From Leucoraja ocellata (lineage: Eukaryota), in NCBI GenBank assembly GCA_036785375.1, contig JAWMAR010000006.1, positions 19,344,001-19,408,000 of the forward strand: DNA of 64,000 nucleotides, read 5' to 3'. A program made the position numbers and the translations under genes. The notes under the pieces are model-generated. The model was not told where the DNA came from. It did not search any database and was given only the letters and a program-made list of their open reading frames with translations. Below, one piece after another: positions 30,501-43,900 of this stretch. Each line of letters starts with the position of its first letter. The first letter of the stretch is position 1.

Positions 30501-33500
30501 TAATAGCCTGATGGCTGTCATGAAGATACGTTAGTGACATTTAAGAGGCATTTAGTGGGCACATTGTGTAAGGAATGGGTGGGTATACATCATGCGCAGG
30601 CAGATGAAATTAGTTTCCCTTGGCATCATGTTTGGCACAGAGATTGCATTTCGTTGTCTCTGTACTGTACACTGACAATGACAATTAAAATTGAATCTGA
30701 ATCTGAATCTGATCAGAGATTGTGGGCCGAATGGCCTGCCCCTGCGCGGCACCGTTCTGTGTTCTACCTCGAGCTGTGCAGGATTTAGCGGGGAGATTGG
30801 TTTTGTTTGTGGGAGCCCAGCTGGGGGGGTGATGACGACCTGTTTGCTTTCTGCCCTCAGCCTGCAAGATGACGTGTCACAAGAAATGCCTGGTGAAGAT
30901 TCAACATGCCTGCCAGTCCGGCTGCAACAAGGTGCGTGCGCGCTTTCGCAGGGCCCCCCGCGAGGCCGACATAGACGGCCCAGGATCCCGCGCGGTGCTC
31001 GTGCCGTGAGACGCTGCGCCGCCGCGCCGGAGCCTCGCACAGCGCACGCCGGTCGCAACTCGGCTCTCCACGCCCCACAACATCCCTAAATACACCCACC
31101 CCCTCGTAACTTGGTGCTTCCCTCCTTCGCTGGGAGGATTCACTCCTCCATCCTTGCATGTGTCACAGAAACATGGAAAATAGGAGCAGGAGGAGGCCAT
31201 TCGGCCCTTCGAGCCAGCACCGCCATTCAATACGATCATGGCTGATCATCCGTCTGGCTGATTCTATTCCTGCTCTCTCCCCTCCTGCCCCTCGGCTGTG
31301 GCTCCTGGCTGATTCTCCACCCCCCACCCCCCCATGCCGACCACTCTGCCCGTTCACAGTGATATTACCCCAACTCACCTCTTAGACAATAGACAATAGT
31401 CCAGGAGTAGGCCATTCGGCCCCTCGAGCCAGCACCGCCATTCAATGTGACCATGGCTGATCATCCACAATCATTACCCCGTTCCTGCCTTCTCTTGTCT
31501 GGGTTTTGTTGGAACTGACTGCTTGTGTCCCCTCCCCCCCCCCCCCCCTTTTAAATTTTGTATAAAACAGAACACACAGCTCTGCCGCAGTTGACCAGGC
31601 CAGCAGTCCAGGCCACTATGTAGATGCAGCCACCTCACCTATTGTTCAAGAAGGAACTACTGATGCTAGAGAATCGAAGGTAGACAAAATTGCTGGAGGA
31701 ACTCAGCGGGTGCGGCAGCATCTATGGAGCAGAGGAAATAGGCGACGTTTCATAGAAACATAGAAAATAGGTGCAGGAGTAGAGGCCATTCGGCCCTTCG
31801 AGCCTGCACCGCCATTCAATATGATCATGGCTGATCATCCAACTCGGTATCCCATCCCTGCCTTCTCTCCATACCCCCTGATGCTTTTAGCCACAAGGGC
31901 CACATCTAACTCCATCTTAAATATAGCCAATGAACTGGCCCCAACTACCTTCTGTGGCAGAGAATTCCACAGATTCACCACTCTCTGTGTGAAAAATGAT
32001 TTTCTCATTTTGGTTGTAAAAGATTTCCCCTTATCCTTAAACTGTGACCCCTTGTTCTGGACTTGCCCAACATCGGGAACAATCTTCCTGCATCTAGCCT
32101 GTCCAACCCTTAAGAATGTTGTAAGTTTCTATAAGATCCCCCCTCAATCTTCTAAATTCTAGCGCGTACAAGCCGAGTCTATCCAGTCTTTCTTCATATG
32201 AGAGTGAAGATTGCTTTCCTTCCCGTCGACAGAACGACACGGATGGGGCGCTGCGGCATTTCGGGGTGGAGGTGTCGCGGCTGACGGACGAGAACCAGAC
32301 GGTGCCCCTGGTGCTGGAGAAGCTGCTGGAGTTTGTGGAAATGCACGGACTCTACGCCGAGGGCATTTACCGCAAGTCGGGGGCGGCCAACAAGATGAAG
32401 GAACTGCGGCAACTGCTGGATGACGGTGGGTTCAGGAGCACGGAGTGAACCCTCGTGTCGGGCCTCGGTGTTGTTTAGTTCTGCTTTCCTTTCGTCAAGT
32501 CAATTTTATTTATATAGCACATTTAATAAAACAACCCTCGTTGGCCAACGGGCTTTACATTGGTATAAGGAAAATATCACAAACAACAGTGGTTGGTAGA
32601 TTAAATACAAACATCACTACATTAGGAGGTGCAACTCCAGAGCCAATAAAATCATGGGAGACCCCTTCCACCCCTGCAACGGACTGTTCCAGCTGCTACG
32701 GTCAGGCAAACGCCTCCGTTGCCATGCTGTGAGAACGGAGAGGTTGAGAAGGAGTTCTTCCCGGAGACCATTCGGACTGTAAACTCCGATCTCACCAGGG
32801 ACTAATGTTTACTGGACCACTCTACTGCTTTTTTTTTTTAAATTGCTGTGGGTTTTTTTCCCTTTTTCCTTCCGCCCACAATATTTAATATGTAAAAGAA
32901 TATGTGATTCTGTTCCATTCTGTTTGTAGTTTGTTTGTCTTTTTGAACAAAGTCCGCGAGCATTGCCACTTTTCATTCCACTGCACATCTCGTATGTGTA
33001 TGCGAAGAATAAACTTGACTTGACTTGACACTACATACATATAGTCCTCGCTCAGAGGACTTCAAGAAAGGCTTGGGAGTACAGATGAGTTTTAAGTCTC
33101 GACTTAAAGGAGTTGATGGAGGGGGCAGTTCTGATGGGAAGGGGGATGCTGCTGTTCCACAGTCTAGGAGCTGCAACCGCAAAGGCGCGGTCGCCCTGAG
33201 CTTATGCCTAGACCGCGGGATATTCAGCAGCTCCAAGTCGGCCGATCTGAGGGACCTGGAGATTGTGTGGTGGGTGAGCAGACTTTTAATGAAGGTGGGG
33301 ACAAGCCCATTGAGGGCTTTGTAGACAGTTTAGCTGGGAAGAAGATAAGACTTTATTGCCTTCCAGCACAGTGTGCTGCGGTGGATGTCCATGTTAAATT
33401 CTAGGTAGTTGTGTGTCTTGTTCCTTTTTCTTGGTTTGACTGAAAATGGCAAATCTAATTCTTTGCACGTTCCTCTGACATACTTGGCTAGTAAATTTCC

Positions 33501-34877
33501 TTGTTCCCGATGTTGGGGGAGTCCAGAACCAGGGGCCACAGTTTAAGAATAAGGTGCAAGCCATTTAGAACGGAGACGAGGAAACACCTTTTCACAGAGA
33601 GAGTGGTGAGTCTGTGGTATTCTCTACCTCAGAGGGCGGTGGAGGCCGGTTCTCTGGATACTTTCGAGATAGGGCTCTTAAAGATAGCAGAGTCCGGGTA
33701 TATGGGGAGAAGGCAGGAACGGGGTACAGATTGGGGATGATCAGCCATGATCACATTGGATGGCGGTGCTGGCTCGAAGGGCCAGATGGCCTACTCCTGC
33801 ACCTATTGTCTATTGTCATCCTTGTAAATTAGTTGTAGTTTGGTTGCGGTTTTGCGTTCAGTTTTAGATTTGTTTTAGCTTCATGTTTTAGTTCCAGTTC
33901 ACTGTCATGGGGACTCTACTGTAAGAGGCTGCTTTTGTTGCTTGCGTACTATCCCATCAGCGGAAAGACCAGACTTGATTACCATCAAGCCGTCCACACT
34001 GTGCAGTTTAATGGTAGAAACTGGTAGAACTTCAGGCAACCTTTGCTTTCCCTCTCCCTCTCTCTCCCTCTCCTTCCCTCCCTCGCCCTGGTTCTCCCAC
34101 CATCATCACTGTCCTCATTAATGTTACTGGTCGTGTACCTCGTGGTAACCTTCCCCTCTGCCACCTCTGCCTACATTTCCTTGACCATCTTCTGCTTTGA
34201 TCTGTCCTTTTCACACCTTGCACCTTTCCACATCTCTAGTTTCCCTCTCCCCTGAATGGTGGTCTGAAACATGGAAAATAGGTGCAGGAGGAGGCCATTC
34301 GGCCCTTCGAGCCAGCACCGCCATTCATTGTGATCATGGCTGATCGTCCCCTATCAATAACCCGTGCCTGCCTTCTGCTCATATCCCTTGACTCCACTAG
34401 CCCCTACAGCTCTATTTAACTCGCTTAAATCCATCCAGTGACTTGGCCTCCACTACCCTCTGTGGCAGGGAATTCCACAAATTCACAACTCTCTGGGTGA
34501 AAAAGTTTTTTCTCACCTCAGTCTTAAATGACCTCCCCTTTATTCTAAGACTGTGGCCCCTACTTTACTTGACTTTGTCTTGCACGGAATGCTCCTGTAC
34601 CGAGGTATAGTGAAAATCTTTTGTGCTGCGTGCTATCCAGTCAGCGGAAAGACTAGACTCGGTGACAAACAAACCCGTCCACAGTGTACAGATGCAGGAT
34701 AAAGGGAACAGCAGCCGAGTATAGTCCGATTACAGATAGCCCGAGGGTCTCCACTGAGGTGGATGGGAGGCCAGGACCGCTCTCTGGTTGGGTGATAGGA
34801 TGCTTCAGTTGGCTGATAACAGCTGGGAAGAAACTGTCCCTGAACCTGTACTCGCGGGTCTTTTGAAGGTTGAGTGG

Positions 34878-34908
<31 letters not shown>

Positions 34909-37900
34909 TCATTGAAACTTTCCAGCCTGGATAGTATTGATGTGCAGAGGGTGTTTCCACTAGTGGGAGAGTCTAGGACCAGAGGTCACAGCCTCAGAAT
35001 CAAAGGACTTTCCTTTAGGAAGGAGATGAGGAGGAATTTCTTTAGCCAGGGGGCGGTGAATCTGTGGAATTCATTGACGCAGAAGGCTGTGGAGGCCAAG
35101 TCAATGGATATTTCAAAGACAGAGATAGATAGGTTCTTGATTTGTGCGGGTGTCAGGGGTTATGGGGAGAAGGCAGGAGAATGGGGTTAGGAGGAGGGAG
35201 AGATATCAGCCATGAATGAATGGTGGCGTAGACTTGATGGGCCGAATGGCCTAATTCTGCTCCAGTCACTAATGAACTCGTGAACTCTTAGCTGCAGATT
35301 GCTGACGTTGAATGTAATGCGTTGTGCTATTGTGTCACTCAGATCCAGGCGTGGTTCTACTGGAGAAGTACCACATTCACGCCATCACGGGAGTGCTGAA
35401 ACTCTGGCTGAGGGAGCTCCCTGTTCCGCTCATGTCCTTCTGCCTGTATGCTGACTTCCTGCGTGCTATTGGTGAGTCGCCAAACGTTGCCTCCGGTCAA
35501 GTCACAAGCTCGAGACGTGAATCATTGAAGGAGGCCGTTTGGCCCGACATACCCATGCAATCCCCCTTCTTGCCCCCACACTCTCTGTATCTGCAAATTC
35601 TTTCCTCCTCAACTATGTCTTATTACCTTTCAAAAATTCATATTTAGTCTATTTCCGTTACCTTTTCAGGTAAAGTCCGTAGTCCAAACTCGGAAAGTGT
35701 ACAAGAAAATGTTTCCTCCTTATCCATGATGTTCCACTGAGCCTATCGCTGTAAATGGCCGGCCTCTCATCCCTACTGTATCCACTCAATCCTGGTCTCC
35801 ATTCAGTGAACCCCGTTTATTGTTACATGGTCCTTGCCAGAGTTAGCCCAGTGCCCCATGTGGGGCATAATCAATGATTGCAGGGAGGTATCTCCATTGA
35901 TGCACACCATTACCTGAGCACACAAGGACGCCATTCAGCCCATCAAGTCCTTTGCTTGAAAGGGTTGGCACAGCAACTTCAATGGTAACCTGCCTGGGAA
36001 CAGAAAGCCCAGAGATCCAATGTTCTCAGTGTGGGCTCTTCTATATTGGCAAGACCAACAGACACGTACATACACACACACACAGACGGACACACACACA
36101 TGGACACACAGACAGACACACACACTCAGACACACGCACACACAGATAGACGCGCACACACACACGGACTCAGACGTGCACACACACACACGGACACAGA
36201 CACAGCCACGCAGACAGACACACATACACGNNNNNNNNNNNNNNNNNNNNNNNNNNNNNNNNNNNNNNNNNNNNNNNNNNNNNNNNNNNNNNNNNNNNNN
36301 NNNNNNNNNNNNNNNNNNNNNNNNNNNNNNNNNNNNNNNNNNNNNNNNNNNNNNNNNNNNNNNNNNNNNNNNNNNNNNNNNNNNNNNNNNNNNNNNNNNN
36401 NNNNNNNNNNNNNNNNNNNNNNNNNNNNNNNNNNNNNNNNNNNNNNNNNNNAACTCTTTATTCCTTGCAACTGAGTGAATGATCTGCCACTCCTGCATTT
36501 GTTGTCAGAACACCCGGGAAGGCAAGAGCAAGTGCAAGCGGTGTACAGCATCCTTGAGCAGCTGCCTGGCAATGTCTTCTACACCCTGGAACGTCTATTC
36601 TTCCACCTGATCAAGTAAGTTGGACACTTGAGAAAGGGGAGGTGTCAGGGGAACACATCCGCGAATGTTTCAAACCACTGGGCTTAAAGTTTGCAAACGC
36701 CGCATCGTGGTTCGAGAGAACGTTGTCTCATGGTTCCCGAGGTACAGTGAAAAGCTTTTGTCTGCATTCTCCCCATTCATATCCGATACCACACATGGAT
36801 AGCATCAGGCCCAACACAAGTACAAAGGGCAGAGTGAAGGTAAAGATGCCAGATGGCAGAATATAATTCTCAGCATTGTAACGTAACGGGTCCCGAGGTA
36901 AAATCCAGTGATCTCCATGAGGTCGGGTGATGAATTGGGACCTTAACCAAACTTAGTTTCCACTAGTGAGAGAGTCAAGGACTAGAGGTCAAAGCCTCTG
37001 AATTAAAGGACGTTCTTTTAGGAAGGAGATGAGGAGACATTTCTTTAGTCCGAGGGTGGTGAATCTGTGGAACTCTTTGCCACAGAAAGCTGCGGAGGCC
37101 CAGTCAGTGGATATTTTTAAGGCAGAGATAGATAGATTCTTGATTAGTACGGGTGTCAGAGGCTACGGGGAGAAGGCAGGAGAATGGGGTTCGGAGTTCA
37201 AGTTCAAGTGAGTTTATTGTCATGTGTCCCTGATAGGACAATGAAATTCTTGCTTTGCTTCAGCACACAGAACATAGTAGGCATTTACTACTAGGGAGAG
37301 ACAACTGGAGGACATAGGTTCAAGGTGAGGGAGGAATGATGTAATAGGAACCTGAGGGGCAACTTTTTATTGGGTGGTTGGTATATGGAACGAGCCGCCA
37401 GATGGGGTAGCTAAGGCAGATACTATCACAATGTTAAAAAAAGACATGTAGCCAGATACATGCATTGGATATTGGACATTCTTGCTATTGAGGGAGTGCA
37501 GCGTAGGTTCACAAGGTTAATTGCTCTCTGGTTATGGTAGGATGATTCAGTTGCCTGATAACAGCTGGGAAGAAACTGTCCCTGAGTCTAGAGGTGTGCT
37601 TTTTCACACTTCTATACCTGTCCGTACTAGGAGTTGTGAATCTGTGGAATTCTCTGCCACAGAAGGCTGTGGAGGCCAATTCACTGGAGGTTTTCAGGAG
37701 AGAGTTAGATATAGCGCTTAGGGCTAAAGGAATCAAGGGGGTACGGGGAGAAAGCAGGAACGGTGTACTGATTCTGGATGATCAACCATGATCATATTGA
37801 AATGCGGGTTCTGACTCGAAGGGCCGAATGGCCTGCTCCTGCACCTATTTTCTATTTCTACCCATGACGCGATCTATTCAGGATATCCAGGCCCAGATCC

Positions 37901-40900
37901 TCCACTGTGTCAGGCTGGCTTGGGCAACTCGGGTAACGTTTTCTATATACTGTAAGAGGGAGAGTGTAAATGGAGGTGGTGATTGTACTGAACCCCAGTA
38001 AACACAGACGTAGGGGTCTGAACTCTTCCGTCGCCGATGTTGTGCTTTTGGGATTGTGGACCCCGTGTGATGAAGATGCTCTTGGTTTCAGGGTAGCCGA
38101 GCTGGAGGAGATGAATCGCATGTCTCCCAACGCACTGGCCATTGTGTTCGCTCCATGTATCCTCCGCTCTCCCGACACCTCGGACCCACTGATGAGCATG
38201 AAGGACGTCTCGAAAACAACCATGTGAGTCTTCGCTCTCCTTGTTCCGTCAGGGAATCAACTCCGGCAGCTGTTCCCAGTGTTACGGGGAATAGTACAAA
38301 TCTTCCCACGAACTGACGGTGAGACTTGAGGAGGCTCAGGCGGTGAGAATTTGCCTATCCTCGCCCGCCCGCTCACACAAACGATGTGGGAGAAGGCAGG
38401 AGAATGGGGTTAGGAGGGAGGGATTGATCAGCCCTGATTGAATGGTGGAGTCGACTTAATGGGCCGAATGGCCTAATTCCACTCCGATCATTTATGACCT
38501 CATGGCCTAAACCGTTGACGCGGCCACCATCTTCCCCCTCCAACGCCGCCATCTTGTGACAGCGCTAAAGCAGATTAGTGGCGGTATCTTGTGTACAAAT
38601 TGGACATTGGGATTCTCTGCCCATTACAACAATTGACATTTACTTTAACGGCCATGAAGAGTGGCCTCTGGTACAGTCTGCTGCCTCGCTGCGCAGGGAC
38701 CCAGGTTCATTCACGACCTCGGGTGCTGTCTGTGTGGAGTTTGCACGTTCTCCATGGGTTTCCTCCAGGATCTCCGGTTTCCTCCCACATCTCGGTGGCG
38801 TGCGGGCTTGCAGCTTAATTTCCCGCTGTCAACTGCGCTGCGTGTAGGGCGTGGATGTGAACGTGGGGGTCACGTGGAACTGGCGTGAGTGGGTGGGTGG
38901 TTGACGGTGGGCACGGACTTGCTGGGCCAAAGGTCTAGTTTCCATGCTGTTTCTTTCAGCGCGGATTGTCTTGAGGGGTGGATAGGTGACGTAAAGAAGG
39001 TAATTTAGACAATAGACAATAGGTGCAGTAGTAGGCCATTCGGCCCTTCGAGCCAGCACCGCCATTCAATGTGATCATGGCTGATCATCCCCAATCAGTA
39101 CCCCGTTCCTGCCTTCTCCCCATATCCCCTGACTCCGCTACCTTTAAGCTCCCTCTTGAAAGCATCCAGAGAACCTGCCTCCACCGCCCTCTGAGGCAGA
39201 GAATTCCACAGACTCACCACTCTCTGTGAGAAAAAGTGTTTCCTCGTCTCCGTTCTAACTGGCTTGCTCCTTATTCCTAAACTGTGTGGCCCCTGGTTCT
39301 GGACTCCCCCAACATCAGGAACATGTTTCCTGCCTCTAGCGTGTCCAAGTACTTAGCAATCTTATATGTTTCAATGAGATACCCTCTCATCCTTCTAAAC
39401 TCCAGAGTGTACAAGCCCAGCTGCTCCATTCTCTCAGCACATGACAGTCCCGCCATCCCGGGAATTAACCTTGTTTCCTTCTGAACGGCGCTGTGTGTGT
39501 GTGTGTGTGTGTGTTGAGGTCTTATTGACTTGCTCGTTTGCAGGTGCGTGGAGTTGCTGATTAATGAGCAGATGCGGAAATACAAAATGAAAATGGCTGA
39601 AATCACCCAACTGGAGACGGCGGAGCAGCTTGCCGTCCGGCGCCTCTCCCTCCTCCGCGTAAGTTGCTCAACGCACAACAACAAAGACCCTCAGAAAGTG
39701 CTGAAGTAACTCAGCGGCTCAGGCAGCTCAGTCCCTGCAGTAAAGCAGCAGGTGACGTTTCCGGTCGAGATCCTTCTTCAGACTGAGTCAGAGGGGAAAG
39801 GGGAACGAGAGATATAGACGGTACTTGGGGCAAATGAATGGAAGATATGCAAAAGGCTACGATAATCAAGGAAATGTGGAGCCCACAATGGTCTGTTGTT
39901 GGCTGTGTGATTGTTGATAATGAGATAGTGGAACTCAACAGGGCGACAGTGAAACTAGTACGACGACTAGGATGGGTGAGGGAGGGGGGATGCTTGAAGT
40001 TCAAGTGATACTTGAATCTTTAGAAATCAATAAGGCCTGTAAGCTGCCCAAGCAAAATATGAGGTGCTTCTTAACCGAGTTCCTTCTTAAAACAAGCAAA
40101 ATATGAGGTGCTTTTCCTCCAATATACATTTGGGTTCACTCTGGCAAAGGAGGTGGCCCAGGACAGAAAAGTCAGTGGGAATGTACCGGGGAATTGGCAA
40201 CCAGGAGATCACCTAGGCTGAGGCAGACTGAGCAAATCGATCACCGAGTTGGCGCTAGGTAGAACAATAACAATAACAAAGGTTTTGGAAAATAGAAAGC
40301 CATTCAGCCCCCAGGTCTATGTGGTGCCATTCAGAGGCCATTCGGTCCCTCTGCTGATTTCCCCATTATTTTTTGATTTTTGAAGTTGTGAAGGAATGTC
40401 ACATTTGGAGTGGAAGTGAGATCAGAGCGGGTCAAGGAAGACTTCCAGAGCTGATCATAAGTTCTAGGAGCAGAATAAGGCCATTCGGCCCATCAAGCCT
40501 TCTCTGCCATTCAACCATGGCTGATCTATCTTTCCCTCTCAATACCATTCTCTTGCCTTCTCCCCATAATGAGGCCAATAGCTGACAGTATGGTGTGTAG
40601 AAAGGAACTGCAGATGCTGGTTTATACCAAAGATCGACACAAAGCGCTGGAGTAACTCAGCGGGTCAGGCAGCATCTCTGGAGAAGAAGGATGCGTGTCG
40701 TTTCGGGTCGGGACCCTTCTTCCGTCTGACCCGAAACGTCGCCCATCCTTTTTCTCCAGAGATGCTGCCTGACCTGACCCGCTGAGTTACTCCAGCGCTT
40801 TGTGTCTACCTAACTGACAGCAGTCTGGGGTAGGATTGTGCTCTGGAGTGGAATGCAGAATTAAGGAGTAAGTCATTTAGAACGGAGACGAGGAAACACT

Positions 40901-43900
40901 TTTCCTCACAGAGAGTGGTGAGTCTGTGGCATTCTCTGCCTCAGAGGGCGGTGGAGGCAGGTTCTCTGGATGCTTTCAAGAGAGAGCTAGATAGGGCTCT
41001 TAAAGATAGCGGAGTCAGGAAATATGGGGAGAAGGCAGGAATGGGGTACTGATTGTGGATGATCAGCCATGATCACATTGAATGGCAGTGCTGGCTCGAA
41101 GGGCCGAATGGCCTACTCCTGCACCTATTGTCTATTGTCTAAGAAGAGTCACAGAGTTGACCATGCAGCCTTTTTAAATAATCTGCTCCCAAACTATCCC
41201 AGCCCTGCCGTGGGACCTGGGCTCGGACATGGATGGAAGGTTTGCTCCGCTGACATTTCTGCATCTGCTGTCCCTATTTGGGACGGTTTTTGGTGATTTT
41301 TTGGGGGGGTTTTTTCTCTTCATTTCCTACTCCTCTCCCTCACTCTTGCCCTTGTTCTCCAGCTGTGGCCTCTTGACGTCGGGGTTTCTGCTCCGCATGA
41401 CGGGGTACTGGTAGGTACTGGGCTAGTTTGGATGACCTTCCTCTCTGCATGTGTGCTCTCATCTTGCACTTGTTGCATGCATCACATCCCCCCCCGCCTT
41501 CACTGACCAACCTCCACCCACTGCAGTGCATGCAGTGCATGCATGCCGCCTCCCTGAGTGCCTTCGCCATCGCATGGCCACGCGCCTGGCACAGCCGGCG
41601 TTGGTCTACCTACTCAAGTGCCCCCCACCCCCACCCACCTTTCCCTCTGCAACTCCCGTCTGCCTGGCGTTGCCATGCTTGGTCGGAACCAACAGGTGGC
41701 GACGTGTACGTACTGCCTCGGGTGCATGTTAAACAAAGCATCTCACTGTACTGAAGTCTAGTAATACAGTCTAAATTCATGCATTCATTCCCTCTGGGAG
41801 TAACTGGGGCCTCAACATGTGACTCATTCATTGTCCACAGATGGTCTCGATTTCAGCTGTAAAATCTGAAGGGGGGGTGGGGGTTGGGGAAGGGCAACAT
41901 GCTTCAAAATTCCATTGAAGAGGAGCCAGAGGCTTCCCCCACCTACATACAGTAGCACCGTGGCACAGCGGTAGAGTTGCTGCCTCACAGTGCCAGAGAC
42001 CCTGGTTCAATCCTGGCCACGGGTGCTGTCTGTACGCAGTTTGAACTGTCTCCCCTGTGTCCTGCGTGGGTTTTCTCCAGGAAGCTCCGGTTTCCTCCCA
42101 CGCTCCAAAGACGTGCAGGTTTTGTAGGTTAACAGGCTTGCGTAGATCGCCCCTGGGGTGCAGGATAGTGGTGGTGTACGGGGGTGGTACGGACCCGGTG
42201 GGCCGAAGGGCCTGTTGCCGTGCTGTATCTCTTCAGATCCGATCGCACCCTCATCCACTCCTCAGCAAATGTTAGTTGAGTGAGCTTCATCCTAAATGCC
42301 TGGAGTTGGGAATCTCTGGGATAGTGAGAAGTTGAGCCGCATCACATTGTTTTCACATTGATCCAACCCCATTACCATGCAATTTTGTAGACTTTCCACA
42401 CTAGAAGTGAGTATTACAAAGGTGTTTCGCCCCTGGGAGTTGCCACAGTTACGCCCCATGTTGTGTATGTGTCCCCCCCCCCCCCCCCCTCCCCCCACCA
42501 CCACGGAGCCACCTGGTCAGGTGGGTCACTGGCTGATTTTTCTCCCCCCCTTTTAACATCCCAGCCCTGCAGTCGTCACCCTAACCGTGATCCGTTTGGT
42601 CCAAATGTCGGATGGAACCAGTCCACCAAGGTGATCATCACCTTCCCTCCTCCATTTTAGAGCAAGGTGCCTCGATCCCCAAAGGTCGCTGAGAAGCCTC
42701 CGCCCCTGGTGAACCTGGAGGAGGATGAGCCGTCCGACACCGACATGGAACACGAGGAGGAAATCCTGATTGAGCAGATCCAGTCGATAAAGGAGGAGAG
42801 GTCAGTGTGGGGGGGACGACTATCTCCCTCTTCGATTGTGTCTGGAGGGAGGGTTGGGAGGAGGGGGGGGCATTAAAATCTCCGGGCAGGGATCATTGGG
42901 AGAAGCACCAGCCTTCCCTCAATCCTCTCCTTACCCAATGTAAGCTCACAAGTTTACAGGTTCTAGGAGCAGGATTAGGCCATTCGGCCCATCGAGTCTC
43001 AACCCAAAACACCTCCAGATTCAGCCACAGTTCCTCACAGCTGTTATCAGGCAACTGGAAAGACCGGGCTTGTATTCACTGGAGTTTAGAAGGGATGAGG
43101 GGTGGGGATCTTATAGAAACATATAAAATTATAAAAGGACTGGACAAGCTAGATGCAGGAAAAATGTTCCCTATGTTGGGCGTCCAGAACCAGGGGCACA
43201 GTCTTAGAATAAAGGGGAGGTCATTTAAGACTGAGGTGAGAAAAAATATTTTTCACCCAGTGAGTTGCCAATTTATGGAATTCCCTGCAACAGAGGGCAG
43301 TGGAGGCCAGGTCACTGGATGGATTTAAGAGAGAGTACTAATGTCCCCTGTCCCACTTAGGAAACCTGAACGGAAACCTCTGGAGACTTTGCGCCTGCCC
43401 AAGGTTTCCGTGCGGTTCCCGGAGGTTGCAGGTAGTGGAAGCAGGTAGGGAGACTGACAAAAACCTCCGGGAACCGCACGGAAACCTTGGTGGGGCGCAA
43501 AGTCTCCAGAGGTTTCCGTTCAGGTTTCCTAAGTGGGACAGGGGCATTAGACAGGGGCATTAGACAGGGCCAGTGGAGTCGAGGGATATGGGGAGAAGAC
43601 AGGCACGGGTTATTGATAGGGGGAAGATCAGCCATGATCACAAGGGATGGCGGTGCTGGCTCGTAGGGCCGAATGGCCTCCTCCTGCACCCATTTTTATG
43701 TTTCTATGACTCATTTGCGCGTCAAGATGGTCAAGTGGTGGGTGCGTGCCAGGGCTCATTGGGTTCTCGCGAGGTGATGACCATATATTTTCCCGTCCGC
43801 AGGATCAGCTGACACTTGCACTCCCACAGTTGGAGCAGAGAGGCTCCGATGAGGAAAACCTGGATTCTGAGGCTTCCCTGAGTATGGAGAGCCTTCTCTA

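Noticed and set aside
30932-31075. CpG-dense patch after the C1 exon as an exon extension
   Set aside because: Read-through hits TGA within ~30 codons and there is no homology; too short to call a CpG island
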